Shown here: piece after piece, positions 1 to 9,962 of the stretch
Layout: each line of letters starts with the position of its first letter
Position numbering within the stretch: the first letter of the stretch is position 1
Assembly (NCBI GenBank): GCA_963779615.1
Contig: CAVZZA010000005.1
Location: 608,001-672,000, forward strand
DNA: 64,000 nucleotides
Source of the DNA: an uncultured Nitrososphaeraceae archaeon
GTDB taxonomy: Archaea; Thermoproteota; Nitrososphaeria; Nitrososphaerales; Nitrososphaeraceae
Direction: 5' to 3'
Position numbers and translations under genes: made by a program
Notes under the pieces: model-generated
What the model was told of the DNA's origin: nothing
What the model saw: only the letters and a program-made list of their open reading frames with translations
Databases searched by the model: none

Positions 1-908
1 AGGGCAAAACAGTTAGGGAAATAGCAGAAGATGTTCACATGTCTTTTGCTGAAATCATCTCGATAGAAAAAAAACATACAGGAGAAGACAAGCACAAGAA
101 AAAAATATTATCTAAAGACAGCCAGGCCTTAAAACTGTACTCTAAGGGCAAGATACCAGTAGATGTGGCATTAAATTGGATTTAAGTGCCGAGGAAGCAT
201 GTATACTCTACAGGGAATTTTGGAAGTTGAAAGGCCTGCACGAACTAAATACAATATACGAGGAGACAAAAAACCACATGCCGTCTTTCTTAAGACATTT
301 CAGGATGATGAGAAAGGAAGGGTTTGCAGAAAAAGACGTTTTGGAATCATTGAGGCATTCAAAACAATTGTCATCCCTTGGCCGCATTGTTGATTCACGC
401 CGCAAAGACATAAGACTGCTGGAGCATCAAATTCAAACGATTTCTTCAAGATTTCATGATTTGCAAGAAGAGACAGAAAAACTAGAAAAACTTTCAGAAG
501 AATATCAATCAAAAGTGGATGGATTGAGACAAAAGACAAAAATAGAATCGGCACGCCTGAAGATTGCAGAAAACTCTATTGCCGATTTCAAAACTAGCGA
601 GGATTACCTAAAAATTAATGAAGTTATTGAGAGCGAGGTAACTTCATTATTAAACCCTCGGTATAATTTGATAATGGCCTGTGTTGTAACAGCACTTTTG
701 GCAATAAGGAATGACCCCGACAAGGATGTTTTAATTCATTATTTTGACTATTATAACAACCCCAGAAATCATTTATAGCGTTACAAGCAATGTGGAAAGT
801 TATATTCAAGCAAACCACCCGCAACTACTGGAAACAGTCAGCATGTTCCTTGATAAAACTTTAAAGGCAGTTCACAATCAAATATTTCACTCGTTGCCAA
901 GACAATAA
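1..908 (+). CDS. HTH-containing coiled-coil hypothetical protein (Nitrososphaerales type), 5'-truncated by the window edge, two apparent frameshifts (~175 and ~775)
   Basis: Frame from nt 3 reads GKTVREIAEDVHMSFAEI...SQALKLYSKGKIPVDVAL, which joins (K)LDLSAEEA of ORF 176..778 after one missing A. Coding continues in another frame as YSVTSNVESYIQANHPQLLETV...LPRQ* to TAA at 906-908. Confidence 0.6.
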
Positions 909-1620
909 CATTTCAACATAATGGCCGTGTTGGAACTGCACAATGTTTTATCAAAAAAAAGAGAGGAGTTACTGATTTGCAAGAAGGTCATGGTAATGGG
1001 GAACATCATAACCTCTTATTTTTTGGCAGAACAAAATGGGGAAAACCTTACGGCATTTATGGAAACTAATCGAAATTATGGAACACATCTTTGTCAATGG
1101 TCGGTCTCATTACCACCAAACAACAACAGGCAAATGATTAAAAATATGGGTAAAAGCTGATGTAAAAATATCAAGAACGTTATGCCCATATAGCAGGTGT
1201 TAACCAGCCATGTTTGGCTACTTCATCCAAAAGGCATTATCCATTCTCATTACCGCAATAGATCTTTACGATTGTAATAATTCAAAGGAAGTAACACCTG
1301 TATGCGGATGTCAATAGATGCGAACACATCAAAAATTGTTTGGTCATGATGACAAATACAGGTAAAAGATTGTCTTTGCAAGACTAGAGAGCCTTTGGAC
1401 TATTAGACCATGAATTTAAAAAAAAATCGTCTGCCGCACTTAGCCAAAGGGAAGAAAAGAATCACGACATTCGCTTTACGTGCAGATTGAGACCGCTGCA
1501 ATTATAAGCAGTTTGATTACCCATGACACGAAATTCAGTTCAGTCTGAAGGCAAGCAAAAGAGACATGCAAATGGTCAAGGCAGATAAACTTTCATATAT
1601 TGCGGCCATTCAAGAATGCT

Positions 1621-1746
1621 ATGAGTAACGTAAAAGCTTCAGAGGAAAATACAGAGTCTCCTTCCACATACGCAAACGATGCCTACAAAGAGTTTAGAAA
1701 AAAGGAAAAGGAAAAGGAAAAGGAAAAGCCTGAAAGCACACAATAA
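1621..1746 (+). CDS. small charged hypothetical protein (41 aa, KEKEKEKE tail)
   Basis: ATG at 1621 preceded ~25-30 nt by TATA-like TTTCATATAT; MSNVKASEENTESPSTYANDAYKEFRKKEKEKEKEKPESTQ*; below the ORF-track cutoff. Confidence 0.4.
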   Translation: MSNVKASEENTESPSTYANDAYKEFRKKEKEKEKEKPESTQ

Positions 1747-1920
1747 TAAAATTTTCTTGAAAACCCATCCATCATCTTGCACAAATTTAAAAAAAAATTA
1801 TCCTTGTTTTCAGTTTTTGGAAGGAAACAGCCCATTTATTTGACATGGATGTGACATCATTGATACCACTTGCATTACAAACAAGTTAATGGTAAGAAAA
1901 ATTTTTAGGTTTCCCTTGTG

Positions 1921-2211
1921 TCAATCATTCCTTTTCTTTCCGTTCTGCGCATTCGCCTTTAAATATTTGAATAGTATGACCCAGGTGGTAGCTCTAAGGT
2001 TTCCCTCTATCCTGTGACCCAAAAGAAACAAGGCGATTGCCACCACAAACAAAATCAGGCCAAAAAACGGGTTTGTGTTTTTATCTATAAAATAACCTAA
2101 CAATATCATCAGGATCGCTAAAAAATACAACAATAATCCGACAGCATGCAGCAATCTATTAGCAGGGTGTCTGTGAGTGTTTTTTATGGCCTTAATCAAG
2201 CTAAATCTCAT
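1921..2211 (-). CDS. Mpo1-like / DUF962 family small membrane protein
   Basis: HRHPANRLLHAVG motif, two TM helices, then GHRIEGN; these are the His motifs typical of DUF962/Mpo1. Confidence 0.75.
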   Translation of the reverse strand: MRFSLIKAIKNTHRHPANRLLHAVGLLLYFLAILMILLGYFIDKNTNPFFGLILFVVAIALFLLGHRIEGNLRATTWVILFKYLKANAQNGKKRND

Positions 2212-2872
2212 TTATTCATAATAGGAGAGAAAAATTTAATATTTGCTACTTCAATGCAATGTTTCAACAACAGACATAGAATGGACCGGTTTTATGCTGC
2301 CTCTGAATGTTAAGACAATTTTTCCGACTTTTGATAGGAATAGAAAGTTCAGTCAAATAATTGGTTTGGGTTTTTATTTTGTCGATTTAATTATGTTAAA
2401 CATGTTTTAAGTTTGTTTAATCTAGTCTATAGCGCATTTTTTAGGTTTATACTGATCGCAAAAAATCATAACATTGTTTCCTTTACAATACCATTAAAAG
2501 CCATTTATGGGTTACGACTGTAAAGAAGTGCTGTAATTGCCACTGCTCTACATTTTGTAGAAAGAGGCTTGTTTCTTATATCCGAAATATTTGTGTTACT
2601 ACAACATCATACATGCGAGGAGACACATATGACATATCATTTTTTTATTAAAGAAAGATAGCCTCACATCTTTTTTGATTTGTTCAGTTTAGCATATCCT
2701 AGAGCACATAGCATAAAAAGATGAAACGGATTGCCCTGACTTGAAATGAAGTTATTAAAAAAACTTTAAATCAAGAACTGATCTATTCAGAAGTCTTTAC
2801 AAAACTAATTCAAAAAATTTCTTATCATCGCACACTTAACACCATTCTTAACCAGTTTAGAGGTACAATGAT

Positions 2873-3551
2873 GGCCCTGTTAACTTAACGAAAATCCTAT
2901 AGCTTGAAGATGTCCATTTCCTGTATGCGCATTAAGAGAAACAGAACACCTTCAGAACACATTGGCCATGGTTTGTATTTGTACTTTCTTGGTTTGTCGA
3001 CTAGAAATGTAGCCAAAGCGTTGTCTTTTTTGCACATTGTAAAGAGGAGCCATGTTGCAATCTGGAAGTGGATTCAGAAACATCTACCCAAAAGGATATC
3101 CTCAAAGAGAAAGAGAATTTCTGAATTCATGGTTGACGAGACGGCAATTAAGGCCGGTTCGGAATGCATCTGGTTGTGGGGCGCCATCGAGCCAAAAGAC
3201 AGGCAGTCTCTCGCACTGTCAATCTCCAAAGAGAGAAACATGTTCGTGGCAGAGAGGTTTATTGCAGGTTTGTCTAGGATTCATGGGAAGCATCCGGTTT
3301 CAACGGATGGTGGAACTTGGTATCCGCAGGCTTGCCGGTCTCCTGAAGCTAAATCACCATATCCATCCCCTTCGGAGAAAAGCATTGTTGAAAGGACAAT
3401 GCAGTGCGTCAAGGACATGACAGAATGCTTTGACGACTATTTCCCTTGCAGCAGAAAGAAGGGTTGCAATCTCATCCATATCAAAAACTGGCTCAGCTTA
3501 GTTGCGACAATGCATAACAAGGAAATGCTAAACGCTTAAGTTAACAGGGCC
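2873..3551 (+). mobile_element. IS6 family insertion sequence (~680 bp)
   Basis: Perfect 16-bp terminal inverted repeats GGCCCTGTTAACTTAA (2873-2888) and TTAAGTTAACAGGGCC (3536-3551); 8-bp flanking direct repeat ACAATGAT (2865-2872) / ACAACGAT (3552-3559). Confidence 0.9.
2904..3539 (+). CDS. IS6 family DDE transposase with an internal compensated double frameshift
   Basis: LYLYFLGLSTRNVAKAL HTH, VDETAIK, STDGGTWYP, IVERTMQ...DDYFPC. The expected LKLNHHIH segment is in the alternate frame (~3345-3370). Confidence 0.85.
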   Translation: MKMSISCMRIKRNRTPSEHIGHGLYLYFLGLSTRNVAKALSFLHIVKRSHVAIWKWIQKHLPKRISSKRKRISEFMVDETAIKAGSECIWLWGAIEPKDRQSLALSISKERNMFVAERFIAGLSRIHGKHPVSTDGGTWYPQACRSPEAKSPYPSPSEKSIVERTMQCVKDMTECFDDYFPCSRKKGCNLIHIKNWLSLVATMHNKEMLNA

Positions 3552-3602
3552 ACAACGATATACTCCCAATTTATTAGGGAAGGAATAGTTTAGGATCAAA
3601 TC

Positions 3603-3977
3603 TTGAACAATAAGACATTATTGTATGCAGCTGCTGCATCTACGTTTATAGCTGGTGTATTACATCTCGCAATTGTTCCGATGTTTTTTATGCAAATGTC
3701 CAAAGACATTACAATATTCTTTATCGTCTCAGGCCTAGCTCAAATATTTTGGGTTATACCTGTCATTAAGGGGTGGATCAAGCCTTGGTATTATGTCGGC
3801 ATAGGGGGAACAATTATTCTGATAATAATGTACCTCATTGCAGTACCAGGAAGTGGGTACCCAGTAAGTCAATTAGATATAGCAATAGAACTCTTTCAAA
3901 TTGCATTCGTAATTCTGTGCAGTATAATAATTGCAAAAAATAGAGCGGAAATGAAATTGGACAAGAAAAACGTCTAG
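3603..3977 (+). CDS. hypothetical membrane protein (4 TM)
   Basis: 124-aa ORF with four hydrophobic helices; AGVLHL and GLAQIFW motifs. Confidence 0.7.
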   Translation: MNNKTLLYAAAASTFIAGVLHLAIVPMFFMQMSKDITIFFIVSGLAQIFWVIPVIKGWIKPWYYVGIGGTIILIIMYLIAVPGSGYPVSQLDIAIELFQIAFVILCSIIIAKNRAEMKLDKKNV

Positions 3978-4047
3978 TCCTGCCTGTCACACACGACAGG
4001 TAATTTCCATTACAAAGCGAATATATCAATAATTAACAGTAGATATA

Positions 4048-4203
4048 TGGCAATTCATCGGCATATTAGAACTGAATCAGCAGTCTTAACCTCTGCATGG
4101 ATTATGCTCTTTCCACCAAGAGTATTGTTGCCGTAGATTTCTTTAGCACCAAACTCTTGTAAAAATTTATAGCCTTTCCAGTTTCATCTACTACAAGGTA
4201 TGG
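4048..4203 (-). pseudogene. VOC/glyoxalase (PhnB-like) gene remnant
   Basis: Minus strand reads PYLVVDETGKAINFYK / FGAKEIYGNNTLGGKSIIHAEVKTADSVLI / ADELP across frameshifts; no start codon. Confidence 0.6.
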
Positions 4204-4210
4204 TTTGTGC

Positions 4211-4339
4211 GTGGAGTTACCAATTGTTGTCTTCATGAAGTTTGATAGCAATAAGATAGCTCATGAACACATCTATTGGGATCAAGCATCGCTGTTAGCT
4301 CAGATATGTCTTATTGATTTAGAAATTCTACCTGCATAG
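4211..4339 (+). pseudogene. SnoaL-like ester cyclase C-terminal remnant
   Basis: VELPIVVFMKFDSNKIAHEHIYWDQASLLAQI; the HEHIYWDQASxLxQ motif is characteristic; 5' part is absent. Confidence 0.65.
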
Positions 4340-5095
4340 GATTTTGAACTAACAATAAAAATCAGCAAAAGATATGGAAAATTTGGTTATTAACTTTTTG
4401 AATAAAGGCCATATTACTATGGAGATTGCAAAACGGCATCCTTGCCCCTTTCATCGCATACAAACAACATTTTTACAATTTCATCGCTTGTACAACTCTA
4501 ATATTCAAATTTGGATATGTTGTCGCCCTTAGCTCTCTGTATCTTCTGTTTGTTGGTGAGAACATCGTTCATCTCAAGAAAGCGAGTCATGGCAACAATG
4601 AAAAGGTTGACAAAGGCAGGAGATTTAAAACAGATTTCATCTCATCCAAAATGCCCATCATCTCATACCCTATAGCCCTGGATCCTTTTTTATGATTTCA
4701 TCCAAAGACAAAGATCGGTTCTCAGGCCTTGACATATAATATTTATCCAAGAAATGAGAATAGACTTTTTTTTAGTTGCATGTGTATTTAAGCAAATGAC
4801 AAAGTTTCTAAATAAGGATTATCATTACAGTCCTCTGCATCGCTTTTGTTGTTGTGGATGTCGACGATGCTGAGGCGGTCATTAATATATACACATAAAA
4901 ACGTATTTTCTGACAATTAAAGACCCTAGATCATTGATTTAACTCCAATTAAAAAAACTAATCATAGAACCACAGATAAAACTAGATAATAACCAAATCA
5001 GAAGAGAGAACGATCTCGTAGATGATTTTCTTTATCAAGTATTACAATATTCATTCACAATAATTAAATACAAATCCAAACAATGAGAGAACATA

Positions 5096-5269
5096 ATGAT
5101 TAAAATGGAAATTTTTAACGCTGTCCTGACAGATACTGCAATGAAAGAAATCAACACCTTTTTTGAGGCAGGAAACAGAAAGTTAATAAACATTCAGTTA
5201 TCCGACAATCCCATCAGTGGCAGCAATGATCCCCTAAGATTCATCGTATTTTATGAAGAAACAGAATAA
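5096..5269 (+). CDS. small protein (57 aa), Cse60/DUF2758-like pattern
   Basis: MIKMEIFNAVLTDTAMKEINTFFEAGNRKLINIQLSDNPISGSNDPLRFIVFYEETE*; TATA-like TAATTAAATA at 5061-5070; T-tract at ~5310. Confidence 0.55.
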   Translation: MIKMEIFNAVLTDTAMKEINTFFEAGNRKLINIQLSDNPISGSNDPLRFIVFYEETE

Positions 5270-5415
5270 TAGGAAAGAAAAGGAGAAGAGGGACAAAAAG
5301 TCGCCAGTTGTTTTTTTTTTGATTGATTATATCTTTGCGCTCTTTATATTCAAAGAGTAGTTCGGCGACCAAACGAAAAAAAAATAAAATTCAATCGAGT
5401 CAAAAGACGGCAAGG

Positions 5416-5805
5416 CTACACAGGTTCGTCCGAGCCATAAAAAACGCTGGACTTTATTATTAGCCCGTCCTCAAATTCAAATTTCTCTATCACGGAGGTT
5501 TTGCTCTTTCCGTCCAGAGTGGCGTAATACTCGAATATGCATACTTTTTTTTGGAACATGATTTCTTTGGGCGTAAAACGCAAATTAGGAAAGTTGTTCT
5601 TCAGGGCCTTGGTCCAATACCCCTCAAGGTCGCTTTTGCGGGTTATCTTTGATGATTTCCTTTCAGGAAACACCACTTTGATTTTGGGGCTGGAGAATTC
5701 AACACTGTCTGAGTACATTGAGAGAACGGTTTTTAGGTCATGGTTGTTCCATGCGTTTACCCACTTTTCTATATGCCCCTTTACAAATGAATCAGAACAA
5801 CCCAC
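5416..5805 (-). CDS. SnoaL-like / NTF2 family protein
   Basis: WVNAWNNHDLKTVLSMYSDSVEFSSP motif; FEDGLIIKSSVFY C-terminus. Confidence 0.85.
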   Translation of the reverse strand: MGCSDSFVKGHIEKWVNAWNNHDLKTVLSMYSDSVEFSSPKIKVVFPERKSSKITRKSDLEGYWTKALKNNFPNLRFTPKEIMFQKKVCIFEYYATLDGKSKTSVIEKFEFEDGLIIKSSVFYGSDEPV

Positions 5806-6462
5806 CTTACTTTTTTGAGGTACCTTTTCTTTTATTTAAATTTTCGTTACTGTCATCAATAACAACATTTATTTCAAAAGCATCGTATGGCGAACATTTG
5901 TGGCATCATTGTCATAAACAATCGTAGACCCAACACCATATCAGTATGGGAACTACATGGAGATCAGGACACCTTGAGTCACACAAATCAAAACTGGCAT
6001 TGGTTTTTGCAAGTCCAGCAATGGCTATTTTCGCTTGGGAAAACCCATATCTTACAAGTGGGGATCCACTACTATTCAATCAACTGCAAATCCAAAGAAC
6101 GCAGGTCAAACTCACGTCTCCATCTGTTTTTCAGGCCTTTTTTGCCCTTTTTCCCACACAACAATGAATAACTCTTTGGTACAATCACACATACTTTAAC
6201 GCCTAACTTGTTGCAATCATCAAAATCGTTTCTCTTTCCCCATATCGCTAATTTCCAATTTATAGCATTCACATCTTGATTTTTGTAAGGATGCTCAACT
6301 TGTTTCTTCTTTGGGTAAAACCATTTCTCTTGTTTTCCACCCATTCTTAATCGCATCAACACAATAAACACATAATTTCTGCTGCAACTATTGATTTTTT
6401 AATCGGTAACACATAGCTCCAGGGTTTGGTGATATTTATGGAGATTGACAGGTTAAAATGTT

Positions 6463-7464
6463 TTAATGATTTCCATAAAGATTATATATTTTACCGGTAG
6501 CCTCATTGGCATAATCCCAGATATCAAGGTTTTCGGGCAATTGTTTGAATATGTATTTTTGCTTGACATCCAGTGTGTCAAGCAATTTTTGGCCCATCAC
6601 AATGTGATCGGGTTTTGCAAGTGAGGTCATTTTAACTGCCAAGCCTACGGTATACCCAATAATGTCAAGTCGTGGTTTTTTGATTAAGGTTTTTTTGATT
6701 TCTTCAACATCCATCCCATATTGGACCACTGCAACTTCACCAAAATCCATCCCTATTCTTACCTGTAGTTCAGGGTAATGGTACTGGTTTAGTATTGGGT
6801 TAATGCCCTCCTGCACCACTTTAATCATTGTATAGGCACAACCTATTGCATTACTGTGTTGAAGTAAATGGAAACTATTGTCACTATCTTTAGGCTTCCC
6901 ATCCATATTGGCACTGTTTTCTCCATCATCCATAGTACCACCTATTACAAAAAATGCCAAAACCGCATCCCCAATATATTTTAGGACAAACCCACCATAC
7001 ACCGATACCACAAGAGACATCTCCTGGGCAAATGACCGAATTATGGCTGTAAATCTGTCAATGGGCAGAGAAAGGGACATTCTGGTGGAACCCACCAAAT
7101 CAACATGTAAAATTACGAGATTGACTTTTGATCCCGCACATTTTTCCAAAACACCTTGTGTTTTTGCCGATGAGGTGTTAAAGTCAGGTTTTGCCCTTAA
7201 GGCCTTCCAAATCCTGATTTGAGACTCTTTTACCATAGAAGGGACATCAATGGCTGCATCAGGGTTCTGCGGATGCTTTTGATTGTTTAATAGAAAATTT
7301 GATATGCTATTTGTAAATCCTTCTTGCTCTTTCTTTTTTTCATTTTCAATTACCTCCAACACGGCATCAGTGCTGACGTCTAATTCAAGTGCTATTATCT
7401 CCGGGTCTATTCCTGATTCATATAGATTTAGTATGGTGTTTCTTTGTTCTACTGAATCAGGCAA
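6463..7464 (-). CDS. class III adenylate/guanylate cyclase with N-terminal HTH
   Basis: LHVDLVGST, LKYIGDAVLAFF, VRIGMDFG, DIIGYTV; N-terminal ILNLYESGIDPEIIALELDVS. Confidence 0.9.
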   Translation of the reverse strand: MPDSVEQRNTILNLYESGIDPEIIALELDVSTDAVLEVIENEKKKEQEGFTNSISNFLLNNQKHPQNPDAAIDVPSMVKESQIRIWKALRAKPDFNTSSAKTQGVLEKCAGSKVNLVILHVDLVGSTRMSLSLPIDRFTAIIRSFAQEMSLVVSVYGGFVLKYIGDAVLAFFVIGGTMDDGENSANMDGKPKDSDNSFHLLQHSNAIGCAYTMIKVVQEGINPILNQYHYPELQVRIGMDFGEVAVVQYGMDVEEIKKTLIKKPRLDIIGYTVGLAVKMTSLAKPDHIVMGQKLLDTLDVKQKYIFKQLPENLDIWDYANEATGKIYNLYGNH

Positions 7465-8020
7465 ACAACCACTTCCTTAATCAAGGTACAAATAACCTGT
7501 CGCAATATAAGTATGACATCATATGCAGAGGGGCCCCCATAAAGATAAGGAAAGGGATGTGGGTTTTGTCTTTGGCTATGGATTGTGAAATACCAAACAA
7601 GAAAAAGAACAGAATCAAAGAATACAAAACATTGTGCAGCAGGTGCTTTCAACCAAATGGTCTTTTGTTGGGAAATACATTTAAACCCGCCTTCAAATTT
7701 GTGCAAAAATCCAGGCCTCAGCAAGAGGTTGATTTCAAAACAACAAAACCAAAAAATGCATTTGCAGAAAGCCAATTTAGGAGAATTTGGATCTTTTCTT
7801 TTAGATTGTATGATAAAACAAAAAATACATGGCGTTAGTTTTTTGTATAACAAATGAAGGGTTTATCCCTTCTTTTGGCCATTTAGCATGACACAGTGTT
7901 TCACATCACCATTATCAAAATGACTACCACCAATGTGCGTTTGCAAGTTAATGCAAAAATACAAAACATTGCATCAAAGGATATTTTACCTTCACCACCA
8001 TTATAGGAAAATGCACAAAG

Positions 8021-8611
8021 ATGACAGAATTAAACAATGCTCCAAAAGGATGGAAAATAATTTCCAGCAAAAGCGTTTACTCTGACTATTTTATCAACCT
8101 GTATGAAGATACCCTTGACGTAAACGGCAAAGAAAAAATATACATAAGAGGGATTAGAAAAGACTATTCAACCGTAGTTCCGTTTATTTCAAGCGATGAG
8201 ATACTGATTATAAAAAGCTATAGGCACATAGTGGACTCTGTTGAGATTGAGGTTCCCTCAGGTTACATTGACGAGGGTGAATCCGCAAAACAGGCAGCAG
8301 TAAGGGAGCTTGGAGAGGAAACAGGCTACAGTGCCAAAGACGTCACATCAATAGGCTCGTACACCCTTGACTACTCCATGTTTGAGCAAAGGGGAAACAT
8401 TTTCATCGCATATGGCTTGTCCAAAGAACAGGAACAGTCTCTAGGCGTAATGGAAAGGATAGAAACCGAAATAATGAAGGTAAAGGAAATAGAGAAATTA
8501 CTATTGGAGGGAAGGATATCAAACGCAGCATCCATTGTTGCCTTGTATAGGGCTTTAGACTACCACAAAAAAAAAGGTGAATACGGTCACCTGCCAAATC
8601 CACAACCTTAG
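8021..8611 (+). CDS. NUDIX hydrolase (ADP-ribose pyrophosphatase-like)
   Basis: Nudix box GYIDEGESAKQAAVRELGEETGY; IEVPSG. Confidence 0.9.
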   Translation: MTELNNAPKGWKIISSKSVYSDYFINLYEDTLDVNGKEKIYIRGIRKDYSTVVPFISSDEILIIKSYRHIVDSVEIEVPSGYIDEGESAKQAAVRELGEETGYSAKDVTSIGSYTLDYSMFEQRGNIFIAYGLSKEQEQSLGVMERIETEIMKVKEIEKLLLEGRISNAASIVALYRALDYHKKKGEYGHLPNPQP

Positions 8612-9129
8612 TCGATCAATTCCAAAAGTCATTTGAATCCATATAAGGCCAATAAAATCATCCCCTCAAAAAAAGAATTAAAGTATGATGGTTATTTTCC
8701 CCATTATGTTAAAAAACGCAAGCCAAAGCAAACAGTCAAGCAGTTTAAACCACAAGAAAGGGCAATGCACCAAAATCCCTGAATAAGAAACAAAATCTTT
8801 TTTTTCAATCTACTTTGCTCGATTTTATCTTACCCAGTTGTCCGCTCACATATTTTCCTTTCATCTTTTTTACAAGTTTTTTTCATGCTATAAACCTCTT
8901 CACCGTTTTTGTTGTTTATTGGTTCAATTGCTTTGCATTTTATTTTGAACCGCCATATTGCTGATGGCATCTGGAGAAATAAACGAAAATAACATTTGTT
9001 TTGTTGCATGCAAATTTAAAATCAAAACACAAGGAAAAATGGTTTGCAGGTGATGACTTTAAAAACAGAAGCATGCAATACGAAAATCAGAACAATAAAG
9101 TTATGGAAAAGCCTTAAATAAACAATGCA

Positions 9130-9288
9130 TCATTTTAGCCGGCGCTTGTCACTGCATTCTTTACAAACATCTAAAGACAACAGAACACTGTTAGGCCTGT
9201 CAAAATAGTATTTTGGCTTTTTATTCATTATTCTAGAGCAGTGTACACAAATAACGTTCCTGTATACTTCGTCTATTTCTATAGTCAT
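9130..9288 (-). CDS. small zinc-ribbon protein (CxxC...CxxC, 52 aa)
   Basis: MTIEIDEVYRNVICVHCSRI...DVCKECSDKRRLK; ATG at 9288, just downstream of the preceding ORF. Confidence 0.5.
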   Translation of the reverse strand: MTIEIDEVYRNVICVHCSRIMNKKPKYYFDRPNSVLLSLDVCKECSDKRRLK

Positions 9289-9311
9289 AGTATTGGACAG
9301 ATAACAAAATA

Positions 9312-9632
9312 TTAAGGCCTTTCTGTATCCTTTGCGATAATCATTCTCTGAATTCGTTTCCAAGCCTGCAAGGTTTGATAATCGGTAGCACGATTGATAT
9401 ACGAGCCTCTTAATTTGCCATACATTTCAAACTGGTACTCAAACCCTCTTTGTATCCTCTGTAGAACCTCATCCCTCTCGGTGCCCACTATTACAGATTC
9501 GGTATTATTATTTTGAAAATCGTGATAAATCTCATCACTTGCGATTTTGATGACCCCCAAATGAATATCCACCTTGACTGGCCTAAACTGCACTCCATTG
9601 ATGGGGTCAGGCTGAAATAGAAACTTTGCCAT
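9312..9632 (-). CDS. hypothetical protein (~106 aa)
   Basis: Protein-like ORF MAKFLFQPDPINGVQFRPVKVDIHLG...; co-oriented with the Zn-ribbon ORF; start uncertain. Confidence 0.5.
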   Translation of the reverse strand: MAKFLFQPDPINGVQFRPVKVDIHLGVIKIASDEIYHDFQNNNTESVIVGTERDEVLQRIQRGFEYQFEMYGKLRGSYINRATDYQTLQAWKRIQRMIIAKDTERP

Positions 9633-9962
9633 GTATAACCTTATAAAAACAAACAACTCCAATATGCTTTACGCTGTGTAGTATAGTGTTAACGTCAATA
9701 CAACCACAATAGCATCATGACATAACCCATTCAAAAAGACACCAGATGTAAAAAAAAGCTTTGCAAAACACTACACCATTTATTGCTGATTACATGTTTT
9801 ATTTTGCAGTATTCTTTTTTTACGCAGAAAATAACAACAACCAAGGCTATTTGGCATATACTTGATGTATGAACAGCAGCCCTTTCAATAACAACGTTTT
9901 CACAAGATGACAAAAGGAGGATGAAGATGTACGCTCTACCCAAAAGCCCCCTTAAGTGGGAC

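Noticed and set aside
921-1600. ORF 921..1160 and a possible PQQ-like fragment SIDANTSKIVWS near 1310-1345
   Set aside because: Too short and broken by stops to support a call.
4490-4712. Possible minus-strand small gene (MSLDEIIKK...FEY)
   Set aside because: Needs two assumed frameshifts and has no recognisable motif.
5887-6371. Overlapping short ORFs on both strands
   Set aside because: No motifs and mutually overlapping; likely non-coding or decayed.
7389-7857. ORFs 7389..7838, 7449..7853 and 7585..7857
   Set aside because: Low-complexity A/T-run translations overlapping the cyclase promoter.
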